Below, piece after piece: positions 1-9,970 of a stretch of DNA of 64,000 nt. The number at the start of each line of letters is the position of its first letter. The first letter of the stretch is position 1. The translations under genes and the position numbers were made by a program. The DNA lies in IMG/VR virus record IMGVR_UViG_3300035670_000119, positions 21,906 to 85,905 of that record; one strand, written 5' to 3'. Below the pieces are notes generated by a model that saw nothing but the letters and a program-made list of their open reading frames with translations, searched no databases and was not told where the DNA came from. Origin of the DNA: a virus.

Positions 1-171
1 TTTGATGGCGTACCACTCCATCAACCGCTGGTGATATAGATTAAGTAAAGCGTAGTGTAGCTCGTCCCAGGTTAATTCGCGTGCTGCAAGCTCTGCTTTC
101 CGCATGGAAAACTGCAGTTCCAATGGAAGCTCATACTCCTCCCTGACTGATTCTTCCATCCCACTCTGCAT
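1..171 (-). CDS. NblA-like phycobilisome degradation protein (partial, runs off left edge)
   Basis: Not in ORF track. Manual translation MQSGMEESVREEYELPLELQFSMRKAELAARELTWDELHYALLNLYHQRLMEWYAIK resembles the NblA L-x-L-E-x-x-F helix-loop-helix pattern; TAGAAT -10-like box upstream. Confidence 0.5.
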   Translation of the reverse strand, partial: MQSGMEESVREEYELPLELQFSMRKAELAARELTWDELHYALLNLYHQRLMEWYAIK

Positions 172-195
172 GGTTCAGATGCAACTATTCTAAGT

Positions 196-855
196 CTATC
201 TGTCAAACAATAAATACGTGTTGTCTTCTTTGTCAATCCCCCAGGGGTCTTCCTCTGTTTGGAAGTTGTTGGCAAACTCGGACAGCACATAAGGATTGAT
301 CGCCTCTTCCAGCTGGCGGATTGCATTGACTTGCTTCGCAGATGCGGTGTAATTGCGGAATGCAGCCAGTAAAACGCCTGCAGTACATCCAGGAATATTG
401 CTGACTCCCTGGATAAACAAGTCAATTTCTTCCCTACGCCGATCAAGTAACCCGCCAATTACCTTGTGGTCAGCATCAAAGATCCATCCTCCCATCTCTT
501 GGGTAACACCGGCGTAATTCTCTAGTTCAAGATTGTCGATAATGCTTGTGTACAGAAAAGGTTCCCACCCAATGGAGTGAACGAAGGAAATCAGCGCTTG
601 AAGCATATGGCTATCCAAGCCAAAATTAAACTTCAGCAGTTGAGTTTCAATCAGGTTGACTTCGTGAAACAAATACTCCAGGGCTTTTTCTTTACTGCAA
701 CAATTTCCCTTCCGCACTGGTGATCCGTCTGGGTAGAACTGTGTACCGTATCCGAAAGTGTAGGGTTCTGCACCAGTGGTCGGATCTGGGTAGGCCTTCT
801 CGTTAAATCCTTCGTATTTACGAATTAAGTTAATTGCACACGAAAGATCCGACAT
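196..855 (-). CDS. Phage lysozyme/endolysin, GH24 family, with C-terminal extension
   Basis: LIRKYEGFNEKAYPDPTTGAEPYTFGYG carries the E/D/T catalytic triad; C-terminal GLLDRRREE. ATG at 855 preferred over TTG at 879. Confidence 0.88.
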   Translation of the reverse strand: MSDLSCAINLIRKYEGFNEKAYPDPTTGAEPYTFGYGTQFYPDGSPVRKGNCCSKEKALEYLFHEVNLIETQLLKFNFGLDSHMLQALISFVHSIGWEPFLYTSIIDNLELENYAGVTQEMGGWIFDADHKVIGGLLDRRREEIDLFIQGVSNIPGCTAGVLLAAFRNYTASAKQVNAIRQLEEAINPYVLSEFANNFQTEEDPWGIDKEDNTYLLFDR

Positions 856-891
856 GGGAGTAATTGTTATTACTCCCAATATACATAAATT

Positions 892-1017
892 TTATTTGCC
901 TTGGCCGCGCAATTTTTTCTTACCTCGACGTTGAGGTCGGCTATTTTGACCTTGACCAATGGAAGTGGTTTTGGGCTTGCCTTCGATGTGGGTGGAGTTT
1001 GATTTGGGTTTGGCCAT
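892..1017 (-). CDS. Small basic 41-aa protein (MAKPKSNSTHIEGKPKTTSIGQGQNSRPQRRGKKKLRGQGK)
   Basis: Manual translation; fills the intergenic gap; K/R-rich with an RGQG end typical of small cyanophage late proteins. Confidence 0.7.
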   Translation of the reverse strand: MAKPKSNSTHIEGKPKTTSIGQGQNSRPQRRGKKKLRGQGK

Positions 1018-1055
1018 GCTGGGAAGTAATCAGCCTATGCAGCTTAGCGGAGAAA

Positions 1056-1355
1056 TCACCATTTGACGCGGTGCGACCAGTACCTTGCCGACATTTTGTC
1101 AGGGTTGGGATCCTGGGCGTTATGACGGGCATAGTATGACTTCTTCCTTGCCTTATCCTTCTCAGTCTTGGGGTTCTTGCCAGCGCCTTCTACGCCTTGT
1201 TGACCAAAGCGAATAATCTTCTCCTCTCCCCCCTCGCATGCTTTTACCACATGAGACTTGGTCTTGTGTCCAGGGGTGCGCCGTGGCTTGTTGCAAGGCA
1301 TTGAATCCTTCGCAATCTTTGCCGCTTTTGCCGCTTTTTTACGTGTATCGGACAT
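1056..1355 (-). CDS. Conserved basic phage hypothetical protein
   Basis: KIIRFGQQG...KSYYARH...SARYWS...W pattern common in phage late regions; coupled to the upstream gene. Confidence 0.75.
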   Translation of the reverse strand: MSDTRKKAAKAAKIAKDSMPCNKPRRTPGHKTKSHVVKACEGGEEKIIRFGQQGVEGAGKNPKTEKDKARKKSYYARHNAQDPNPDKMSARYWSHRVKW

Positions 1356-3583
1356 CAGAATTTAAACCCGCCAAACATAGATGTAAACTCATTTAAGATT
1401 TGCTGCCCGCTTTTTGATTTAGCGTTAGCAGTTTCGTCATCATCTTCCAACATTGTAAGATAGCTAGATGTTTTACTTGTTGAACTGGAAGTTGTTGTGG
1501 TTTTAGGCTGTGTAGATGTTGTGTCAAATAGGCTTTCGGCAGCTCCCATTACTTCAAAAGGATCCTTGCTCTTTAAGCTGGTCCAAATACTGTCTTCAGT
1601 GTCCACACCTTTTTGCCCTTGGCTTAATAAAGCCATCTCACTTCTATTGACATCGGGCATAAAATTAGTATAAAACTCATCCTCGGTCCCGGCAAAGCCA
1701 GCGTTTTTGAACACGTTATATAGAGCCGTTTCTCCTTCTGATTCAACTGTCTTTACGTCTTCCGGACGCTGAATATACTCGATTCCAAGCAACTCTTGCG
1801 TTGGTGTTTTATTTTGTTTGTTTAATTCTTCAATTGCTGTCCTGATTGATTCTGCCGGAACCGTTCTGATTGTCTGCATCAGCATGTTTTTGACATCTTC
1901 AACGGGCTGACCGGTGTCTTCGATGCCGTATTTTTTCAGTGTTTCTTTCCAGGCTTCTGGGGTTTTTGCTGGATCTAATCCCCCGAGCAAAGAATCCGCT
2001 AACTGCTCTGGGGTCACAAACTCCAAGAACACATTAGAACCGTAATTTTTCTCTGCTTCGGCCAGGGTTGGCGCAAGATCCTTCTCAAGGAAATCAATCA
2101 AGTCTTTGTTCGTCAGTGTATCCGCGGCCGCATCATACTGCTTATCTTTACCAATCAGTTGATAATGAAGCTGCGCGAATTGGTCTTTGTTGTTTAGGTC
2201 AACACCATACTGATAAGCAAGCTGCTCCCAGCTCATTCCATTAGAAACTATTGCCCCTGGGTTTTTCTTTGCGTTATCCCAATCTTTGGCCACACTATCT
2301 TTTTGTTCTTGGTATAGCGCACTCTTTTGATCGTTTCCTGTAGGATCAAAGTAAAACTCTGGGTCAAAATAACGGATGTTACCAGTTTTAGCAAGATCCC
2401 GCACAAAAGTTTGTGCTTTTAAGGTGCCAAGTTCTTTTAGTTTGTTTGAAACAGTTTGTGTTTGCAAGATATTCTGTTCGCTATCTGTTACATCTAAATA
2501 GCTTATAAACTCTGACATTGAACGCGAAGTGTCAAAGCGCGGCTTCAAATAATCGTTGATGTATCGGGTTGCAAACTCTTTATCAAGTTCGTATTGCTTC
2601 TTTGCGTCTAAGGGGTCTTCTATTTTCTCAAGCGTTTCATATTTCTTTGTTAATGTATTGTCAAACCATTCTTGCCAATTGTATTGTACATTGCTTCCCA
2701 TGCCCAAGGCATTTTTCAGTCCTTCAGTTACTTTCTCTTCCGCCTTACTTCCTCCCATAATATTCAAATAACCTCCAATACCGGTATCTCCCAAAATAGA
2801 ATTGGACAGGTTGGACGTTAAATTGTATATCTCCGAGAACTCTGGCATTCGACTCATGAAATCCATTTGAGTCTCTTTCCACTTTGCCTTGTTTAATTCA
2901 TTAAGCGTTTCTTTTAACGTGTCTGAGACGAGTGCGTTAAACCGAAGCTCACCCTGTTCGTCAACATATTTTTGTGCTTGGCGCTCAACCAGGGAGGTTT
3001 CCCCTGGGCCTTTAGCCAATAACGTGTCCCGCATTATCTGCTGCTCACGGTCAGTGGGAACCCATCTTTCTTGGTATTGTTTGGTGGCCGCCAATTCTTG
3101 CGCGGCATTCGCTCGCATGCCTGAGTGCTTACCGACTGTCGTGTAATGATATTGAAGATAAGTGTCTGGATCATATCGCTCAGTAATATCGATATCGGGC
3201 AATGTTTGGCCGCCAAATTTTACCGCAGATCCAGCCTCGTTCCATTTTTGCAAAACTTCTGGAACTTGTTTGGAATAATAACCAGGATCAAAGTCGCCAA
3301 CCGGAGGCTTGGCACCCTTAGACGTATCCCATTTTGTAGATACGTTTTTTGCCTTGTAGAAATCAGTAATTGTATTTAAAGCTTCCGAAGGTACATATTT
3401 TTTAATGACGTCTTCTCCGTATTTTTTCTGTATAGTTGCCAATAAATCTTTGTAGGTACCAGGGGGAGCAGCGTTGAAACGTTGGGCAATATCTGCAGCC
3501 ACCTCATTTTCTTCTTGATTATCTGTCTCGATGTACTTTAAAGCAGGCTGTCCATTGACAACTGTGTACGTAAAAGAAGCCAT
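1355..3583 (-). CDS. Large hypothetical (probable virion) protein, 742 aa
   Basis: Long ORF in the late operon; repeated FDPxYY/FY motif; overlaps its neighbours by 1 nt. Confidence 0.8.
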   Translation of the reverse strand: MASFTYTVVNGQPALKYIETDNQEENEVAADIAQRFNAAPPGTYKDLLATIQKKYGEDVIKKYVPSEALNTITDFYKAKNVSTKWDTSKGAKPPVGDFDPGYYSKQVPEVLQKWNEAGSAVKFGGQTLPDIDITERYDPDTYLQYHYTTVGKHSGMRANAAQELAATKQYQERWVPTDREQQIMRDTLLAKGPGETSLVERQAQKYVDEQGELRFNALVSDTLKETLNELNKAKWKETQMDFMSRMPEFSEIYNLTSNLSNSILGDTGIGGYLNIMGGSKAEEKVTEGLKNALGMGSNVQYNWQEWFDNTLTKKYETLEKIEDPLDAKKQYELDKEFATRYINDYLKPRFDTSRSMSEFISYLDVTDSEQNILQTQTVSNKLKELGTLKAQTFVRDLAKTGNIRYFDPEFYFDPTGNDQKSALYQEQKDSVAKDWDNAKKNPGAIVSNGMSWEQLAYQYGVDLNNKDQFAQLHYQLIGKDKQYDAAADTLTNKDLIDFLEKDLAPTLAEAEKNYGSNVFLEFVTPEQLADSLLGGLDPAKTPEAWKETLKKYGIEDTGQPVEDVKNMLMQTIRTVPAESIRTAIEELNKQNKTPTQELLGIEYIQRPEDVKTVESEGETALYNVFKNAGFAGTEDEFYTNFMPDVNRSEMALLSQGQKGVDTEDSIWTSLKSKDPFEVMGAAESLFDTTSTQPKTTTTSSSTSKTSSYLTMLEDDDETANAKSKSGQQILNEFTSMFGGFKF

Positions 3584-3939
3584 CAGGAAGCAAGGTAGTG
3601 ATCTTTAAAGCTAGACAGGTTAATGATTTCATTTTCCATCCAGGCTTTTATTTTAGCCAATTTTTCTTCTGTGAAATACTCTTGTTGTTTAAACCATTCC
3701 TCCATATTGCTTGATGCTTTGTTTGCGTTACAGCGCCGACAGCAAGGAAGCAGGTTGTTTCGGTTAGAAGAACCAGACTTAAAGCGAGGTACTACGTGAT
3801 CCAGGCTTGTTGCCGGTTCTTGACAATAGCCACATTTATGATCCCAGGCTTTATATATCTCTTCTCTGAAACGTTTTTTTGCAAGTTTTGGCTTTAATTC
3901 AACTAGCAGGGCAAGGGGCTCGTGCTGGCTGCAAAACAT
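3583..3939 (-). CDS. HNH endonuclease
   Basis: CGYC...LDHVVPRFKSG...NLLPCCRRCNANK. Confidence 0.9.
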   Translation of the reverse strand: MFCSQHEPLALLVELKPKLAKKRFREEIYKAWDHKCGYCQEPATSLDHVVPRFKSGSSNRNNLLPCCRRCNANKASSNMEEWFKQQEYFTEEKLAKIKAWMENEIINLSSFKDHYLAS

Positions 3940-4074
3940 GCTATTTAATTGCCGTTAACTAATTCTAATTTCCCTATATGTGCTCCTCTGCAAAAAAAGA
4001 GATAAAGCTTTGCTTAAGTCGGTTGACAAGCCCTTGACTCGCGGTAGGTTATATGGGTAACCACTGCCACTCCA

Positions 4075-4293
4075 ATGGCTAAGCATCCCGGCTGGGTATC
4101 AATCCAGCAAGCAGAACAGCTCCTTGGTATTGACAAAAAAACCCTGTTCCAGTACCGAGACGATGGCACGCTAAAGCTGGGGCCTCACTTTGCGGCATTT
4201 CCTGGCACCATGTCCAGGGACAGCTATAAGTGGAATGTGTCTGCCGTCAGGAAGCACCTGCATAAACAGGGTATGGTGCCTGTTGCAGTGTAA
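4075..4293 (+). CDS. Excisionase/MerR-like helix-turn-helix DNA-binding protein
   Basis: WVSIQQAEQLLGIDKKTLFQYRDDG pattern; TTGACA upstream; own terminator. Confidence 0.75.
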   Translation: MAKHPGWVSIQQAEQLLGIDKKTLFQYRDDGTLKLGPHFAAFPGTMSRDSYKWNVSAVRKHLHKQGMVPVAV

Positions 4294-4328
4294 GCTACCT
4301 TGCAAAGCGGGGATGAGAGGATGTATGG

Positions 4329-4357
4329 CAGCTCTACAATTTGTAGGGCTGTTTTTT
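4329..4357 (+). terminator. Intrinsic terminator
   Basis: CAGCTCTACA-ATT-TGTAGGGCTG followed by T6. Confidence 0.7.
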
Positions 4358-5981
4358 ATTGCTGGCAGTAAACCAATAAGTTTTGAACAAACCAACCCAT
4401 GTGATACCCTCGTTTCATGTCTTTGATTAAAGCGTCTTCTATCCCTGGCATATGACATAGACCAGGTGTTTTATCCATTAGGTCTCTCCAGTATTCTTTT
4501 GGTTTGCAGTTAATGTGGCCAACCCCACCTTGACCAGGGGCTGCTGCTGTCCAAATTAAAATTCCCTTTGGTGCTAAACAACGCAAAATAGCTTGGATGA
4601 TTTCTTTGTTTTTGGATTCATCCATGTGCTCAGCTACTTCCATACACAAAACTACGCCAGCCTTTTCCTCAGGCGTGACAGTTAAAAGGTCTTGGCAAAA
4701 AAGATTGGGCTTACCTTCTATCCGTGGATCAATATCGTATCCAATTGCATCAATCCCTAGTTCGTTAAAACAGTCAACGTACGTCCCTGGTCCACAACCA
4801 AGATCAATCAGAAGATCGGGACTGAAGTAAGCATCGTCAATCCAACGAGCCAACCTTTTGGCAAAGGGTTTTTCCTCTATATCAAGACTGGTGTAATCAA
4901 TGACATCATGATTTTTCAGTTGATACCAGCCTTTTTCCCATAACGCATTGATGTCCTTGAAAATCTTGTCATATTTCTCACCACAAGTTTCCAGGCTATA
5001 GCGTTCTCTTGTGATACGTGCAATTTGTTTTCGGTCTAAATCACCTGCTTTTTCAATTGCATCAATCCAATCTTGAAGAGTGTGGCATCTAAAGCCTGTG
5101 ACACCATCCACAATGGTTTCTGTGAATGCACCGTAGTCAACGGCAATTAGCGGTGTACCGCAAAGCATTGCCTCTACGCCACTACCCCCAAAAGGCTCAG
5201 TAAAGTTGGTTGGCATCAATGCTGCTCGTGCATTACGCAAAAAGTTGGAGCGCTCCATACCAGAGATGGGCCCTTCATAAAAGATGTTGGGGTGTTCCCA
5301 AGGGGATGGATCTCCTTGTCCATGGAGAATAATAGGCCACGGACTGTAGTCGGCAATAGCACGAATGGTGTCCAGCCCCTTGGCGCTACAGATGCGTCCA
5401 AGAAACGCCAGGTAATCTCCTGGCTTTTCCTTAGGTTCCCATTCATCAAGGTCAAAGTAATTAGGGACAACCCACTCGTAGTTTTTGCCTTGGCGGTTTT
5501 CTTTGCCCTGGTGATAGTGCATCCAGGCGTAAGACTCAAAGATCCGAAAACTATTTGGCATCAATGTTGGATAGCCAATTCCGGTCTCAACGTGATGGTT
5601 GTTGGGAAACTCAGACAACAACTTTTGATGAGCATGCCCAAACGGATGACAAATGATGTCTTTCTCTTTGACCCGTTTACGTAGTTCAACAATCAGACGT
5701 TCTTCAAATACCTTGTGAGCAGGGCTGCCCACATATGCGTGATCTCCGAAGAAATCTGTTTCCCTCCTGGCGCCAAAGAAAGAACGGAACTCTTCTTCGT
5801 TCAAGATTTCTACATGTTCGTCAGCGGTTGATTCGCTGCCGTAATTTGAGTATTCAGTAACCTCGTAGCCGAACCGCTGCATCATCTTTGGAAAGCGTAA
5901 AACTTTTCCAGTAAATGCGCAGTGCGAATAATCCAGGGCCGTACGCGTGTGGAACAAGCCAATAAGGTGAAGCATGCCCAA
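4356..5981 (-). CDS. GT4-type glycosyltransferase fused to class I SAM-dependent methyltransferase
   Basis: FLGRICSAKG and EPFGGSGVEAMLCGTPLI (GT4); IDLGCGPG...GYDID...CMEVAEH (MTase). Confidence 0.88.
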   Translation of the reverse strand: MGMLHLIGLFHTRTALDYSHCAFTGKVLRFPKMMQRFGYEVTEYSNYGSESTADEHVEILNEEEFRSFFGARRETDFFGDHAYVGSPAHKVFEERLIVELRKRVKEKDIICHPFGHAHQKLLSEFPNNHHVETGIGYPTLMPNSFRIFESYAWMHYHQGKENRQGKNYEWVVPNYFDLDEWEPKEKPGDYLAFLGRICSAKGLDTIRAIADYSPWPIILHGQGDPSPWEHPNIFYEGPISGMERSNFLRNARAALMPTNFTEPFGGSGVEAMLCGTPLIAVDYGAFTETIVDGVTGFRCHTLQDWIDAIEKAGDLDRKQIARITRERYSLETCGEKYDKIFKDINALWEKGWYQLKNHDVIDYTSLDIEEKPFAKRLARWIDDAYFSPDLLIDLGCGPGTYVDCFNELGIDAIGYDIDPRIEGKPNLFCQDLLTVTPEEKAGVVLCMEVAEHMDESKNKEIIQAILRCLAPKGILIWTAAAPGQGGVGHINCKPKEYWRDLMDKTPGLCHMPGIEDALIKDMKRGYHMGWFVQNLLVYCQQ

Positions 5982-5997
5982 GCAATTTTTATTTAGT

Positions 5998-6321
5998 TTA
6001 GTCTTCTTCCCAGCTAACTTGCTGAATTTGATCGCAGATTATTTTATCGTTATCATCGATTGCTTTTTGTGAAAGAGTTTCTACAAGTTCTTCTAGCTCA
6101 TTTGATCTGCTTCTGTAAAAAGCACATAAACTTTTTACTTCTTCTGGCACTGGCTTGCCTCCCGATACTTCTCGTTCAACCATCCATTGCATGCCAGTTC
6201 CTTCAATTGCTTCTTTGCATTTTGTTTTTATTTCGTTAATTTTTTCAAGTGCGGCAGATGAAACGGTGCGTTCGTCAATAACTTGTATGCAAACACCATT
6301 TTTGTAAAGTTCGTAACGCAT
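5998..6321 (-). CDS. Hypothetical, possible fibre assembly chaperone
   Basis: Directly downstream of the fibre gene; ends in IQQVSW as many tail-fibre chaperones do (inference). Confidence 0.55.
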   Translation of the reverse strand: MRYELYKNGVCIQVIDERTVSSAALEKINEIKTKCKEAIEGTGMQWMVEREVSGGKPVPEEVKSLCAFYRSRSNELEELVETLSQKAIDDNDKIICDQIQQVSWEED

Positions 6322-9300
6322 TTAAACCACCCTAAGATAAACAGCGGGCATGGCAAGAGTGTACAAAGTTGGCGTTGTTGAGGCTGTTGCTGGTAGTGTA
6401 CTTCCTGTTGTTGTTTCAGTAAACCCATTAGCCGTTAAAGTTGTATTGCTTACTGTGGTGCCATAGGTAAAAATGGCGGCAGCAGACTCGGACGCCCTGG
6501 CCCTATAGCTTGACGTAAGCGTCTTAACAAAAGCAAGGTAATAAAAACCCGCTTCAAGAGTTTCACTAATTACAATTTCTTTTTCTCCACTGGTATTTGT
6601 CTGTACTGTTCCGTAATCCGAAATTAAATCACCCGGAAGACCTGTTGAAGCTACGGAATAAAGGCCAAGGCGTGCAACACCTAGTGATGTGGAAACACTG
6701 GTAACCTCGATTCCAATACGGGTCCACGTTGTTTTTTTGGTACAATTAAACAACTGATAATAAATTAAACTATTTGTAAAACTTATGGTACTTGTCGTTG
6801 AGCTTGCTCCCGTCCTGTAGTAGTATCGATCAGTAATTACAGGGGGTCGTGCATTTGATAATCCCGCAATCGAGCCTGCTGTTGTTTTTCTGTTTTCAGT
6901 TTCAGATACATCGTAATAAGGAATAAATTCTGTATTTAAAACAATACCCTCGGTTAAGCTATTGACGTCTATTGCTCCAGTGGCACCTGTGGCACCTGTA
7001 GCTCCGCCAGGACTACCTGCTGGACCTGTCGCACCCGTTGCACCTGTGATTCCGTTTGTACCTGCTGGGCCGGTAGGACCAGTGGGACCTGAAATACCCG
7101 CTGGGCCAGTGGGACCTGTTGCACCAGTTGCTCCGTTTGTGCCTGCTGGGCCGGCAGGACCAGTGGGGCCAGCAAGGCCAGTGGCACCTGTTGCTCCTGT
7201 AATGCCAACTGGACCAGTGGCACCTGTTGCACCCCCTGGATCACCTGCAGGACCTGTGGCTCCTGTGGGGCCTGTAACTCCGTCTGAACCAGCTACGCCT
7301 GTTGCACCAGTAACACCAATCCCTGTAGCACCTGTAGCTCCCTCGGGACCTGTAGCTCCTGTGGGGCCTGTAACTCCGTCTGAACCAGCTACGCCTGTTG
7401 CACCTGTCGCGCCATTTACACCCGCAGGACCTGTAGCTCCTGTGGCTCCATTAACTCCTGTTGCACCAGTAACACCAATCCCTGTAGCGCCTGTAGAACC
7501 TTGTATTCCTGTTGCACCAGCAACACCTGTTGCCCCTGTAGCCCCAGTGATTCCAACACCTGTTGCTCCGGTAATTCCAACGGGACCAGTGGGACCAGTG
7601 GGACCCGTAGGTCCGTCTATACCTGCTGGACCAGTGGCACCTGTTGCACCACCTGGATCACCTGCAGGACCCGTAGCTCCTGTTGCACCATCTACACCCG
7701 CAGGACCTGTAGCTCCTGTAGCGCCACCGGGACTGCCCGCATCTCCGGTGCGGAAGAACGTTATGGCTAAAACAGCTCCAGAAGTTGGTGTGCTGTTATT
7801 TTCTATAGCTGTGACAGGGATTTTATAGTAGCCTGATAACGTACTCCCCGATAAAATAATGTTACCAGTTATCTGAAAAACATGATAAATAGAGGTGACG
7901 TTTGAAAATAAACTTTGGATTAATAAACGCCCTCTATCTCCTGTTGTTGTTGAATCATCCCAGCTAGCAATCTCATCCGAAGAATTAACAGAATAGTAGT
8001 TAAGTACATCAATATAAATAAATGTTGCGTTGGCAGGAGTTGTGTTATTGAAGCGTATATCCCCAGAACCGGGATCCGAATCTACCGTACTTGTATCAAA
8101 TCGATACGCATTTCCGTTGCGAACACCCGTGGCACCAGCAGGACCTGTGGCACCTGTTGCACCATCAACCCCCGCAGGACCAGTGGGACCTGTTGCACCA
8201 TCAACGCCGGCAACTCCTGTTGCACCTGTCGCACCTGTTGCACCTCCGGGATCTCCTTGTGGACCTGTCGCGCCAGTAACACCAGTGGCACCTGTTGCGC
8301 CTGTAGCTCCGTTAACACCAGCAAGGCCTGTTGCACCAGTGTCCCCCTGAGGGCCAGTGGGACCAGTCGCTCCGTTCGTACCTGCTGGGCCGGTAGCGCC
8401 AGTGGCGCCATCAACGCCGGCAACTCCTGTTGCACCTGTTGCACCCGTAGCACCTCCCGGATCACCCGCAGGACCCGTGGCACCTGTAACTCCGGTGGAT
8501 CCTCGAGGGCCTGTCGCACCAGTCGCCCCACTCACACCAGTAGCACCTACCACACCCGTAGCACCTACCGCACCTTGGAGGCCGGTGGCACCGGTATCTC
8601 CAGTGGCGCCAGTGGGACCTGTTGGGCCTTCAATACCAGTGGCACCTGTTGCGCCTGTGCTTCCAACTCCGGTTGCCCCTTGATCTCCTGTCGCACCTGT
8701 TGGCCCTTGATCTCCTGTACGTGAAAACTCAATGACTAAAGTAGCGTTATTCGCGGGAAGTGCTCCAAGTACATACTGAACTGGTATTTCATAATACCCA
8801 GAGCTTGGATTAATTGTTCCCGTGATCTTAAATATGTTTAGTGTTGTACCAGCACTAGTTGCTTCGTTGATTGTCAGGTAGCCTTTGTCAGAAGAAGAGG
8901 AATCGTCCCAAGAAGAAATCCAGGCTCCTTGATTAGTATTGTTAACGTCTGCTTGATCGATATAAATTTGGCTAACACTTGCAATAGTACCGCTGTTGTA
9001 ACGGAATAAACCAACGCCAGGATCTGAATTAACAGTGGAAGTACTAAAGTTGTAACGTACTCCACCACGTAATCCCGTGGCCCCTTCTACGCCTGTAGCT
9101 CCTTGAATTCCGGTAGGACCAGTTGTTCCCTGTGGACCTGTTGCGCCTGTGGTACCAGTGGGACCAGTAACTCCGGTGGGACCTTCAATACCAGTGGCGC
9201 CTGTTGCGCCTGTGATTCCAACTCCGGTTGCCCCGGTGGGTCCTTCAATACCCGTAGGGCCCGTAGCTCCAGTAGTTCCTTGGGGACCGGTAGCGCCAGT

Positions 9301-9933
9301 AACTCCGGTGGTTCCTTGGGGACCAGTGGGACCTGCAATGCCTGTAGCACCTGTAGGACCTGCTACTCCCGTAGGACCGGTTGTTCCCTGTGGGCCGGTA
9401 GCACCTTGAATACCAGTAGATCCAGTAGGACCGGTCGGTCCTTGAGCACCAGTGGGACCAGTTGTTCCCTGGGCACCTGTAGGACCAGTAGCGCCAGTAG
9501 CCCCGGTAACACCTGTTGCTCCCCCAGGATCACCTGCTGGTCCCGTAGGACCAATCATCGCGTAAACTTTTTCAAGGCCACTGACGTCATAGACGTGCCA
9601 ATTGCCTTCCTGATCTAAAACTAATTCTTCTCCAGCTGCGAGCGTACCTTCCCAGACGGTACTAACGGTCGTGCCATCAGTATGCTGAACGTCTAATGTG
9701 TTGGAGACAGATGCAGATTCGTTTTTAAAATAAAGTGTTCTTACGTTGCGCTGAATATTCTCGTCGGGAGACTCAACAATTGTCGTTGTTGTAGCAGAAG
9801 AAATAACAGTATTTTTGCGTTCAGGATTGATAACGCCACTATCGTTATCAACGTAGGAAGCGTGTACCTCTAGCGACGCCGCACTAGAAGTAACGACCTG
9901 AACCAAGTCTGTAGTCGACCCAAGAATTAACAC
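6322..9933 (-). CDS. Collagen-like (G-X-T) fibre protein, 1203 aa
   Basis: Three long GAT/GPT/GVT triplet tracts separated by two homologous globular domains. Confidence 0.9.
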   Translation of the reverse strand: MLILGSTTDLVQVVTSSAASLEVHASYVDNDSGVINPERKNTVISSATTTTIVESPDENIQRNVRTLYFKNESASVSNTLDVQHTDGTTVSTVWEGTLAAGEELVLDQEGNWHVYDVSGLEKVYAMIGPTGPAGDPGGATGVTGATGATGPTGAQGTTGPTGAQGPTGPTGSTGIQGATGPQGTTGPTGVAGPTGATGIAGPTGPQGTTGVTGATGPQGTTGATGPTGIEGPTGATGVGITGATGATGIEGPTGVTGPTGTTGATGPQGTTGPTGIQGATGVEGATGLRGGVRYNFSTSTVNSDPGVGLFRYNSGTIASVSQIYIDQADVNNTNQGAWISSWDDSSSSDKGYLTINEATSAGTTLNIFKITGTINPSSGYYEIPVQYVLGALPANNATLVIEFSRTGDQGPTGATGDQGATGVGSTGATGATGIEGPTGPTGATGDTGATGLQGAVGATGVVGATGVSGATGATGPRGSTGVTGATGPAGDPGGATGATGATGVAGVDGATGATGPAGTNGATGPTGPQGDTGATGLAGVNGATGATGATGVTGATGPQGDPGGATGATGATGVAGVDGATGPTGPAGVDGATGATGPAGATGVRNGNAYRFDTSTVDSDPGSGDIRFNNTTPANATFIYIDVLNYYSVNSSDEIASWDDSTTTGDRGRLLIQSLFSNVTSIYHVFQITGNIILSGSTLSGYYKIPVTAIENNSTPTSGAVLAITFFRTGDAGSPGGATGATGPAGVDGATGATGPAGDPGGATGATGPAGIDGPTGPTGPTGPVGITGATGVGITGATGATGVAGATGIQGSTGATGIGVTGATGVNGATGATGPAGVNGATGATGVAGSDGVTGPTGATGPEGATGATGIGVTGATGVAGSDGVTGPTGATGPAGDPGGATGATGPVGITGATGATGLAGPTGPAGPAGTNGATGATGPTGPAGISGPTGPTGPAGTNGITGATGATGPAGSPGGATGATGATGAIDVNSLTEGIVLNTEFIPYYDVSETENRKTTAGSIAGLSNARPPVITDRYYYRTGASSTTSTISFTNSLIYYQLFNCTKKTTWTRIGIEVTSVSTSLGVARLGLYSVASTGLPGDLISDYGTVQTNTSGEKEIVISETLEAGFYYLAFVKTLTSSYRARASESAAAIFTYGTTVSNTTLTANGFTETTTGSTLPATASTTPTLYTLAMPAVYLRVV

Positions 9934-9970
9934 TGTCTTTCACCCAATGCTTCTATTTTAAAACAAATTA

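Noticed and set aside
4075-4293. Evidence of a prophage (excisionase-like gene, tRNAs as att sites)
   Set aside because: No integrase, host genes or duplicated tRNA 3' ends in the window.
6962-9618. Plus-strand PVAPVAP ORFs
   Set aside because: Antisense shadows of the collagen G-x-T repeats.
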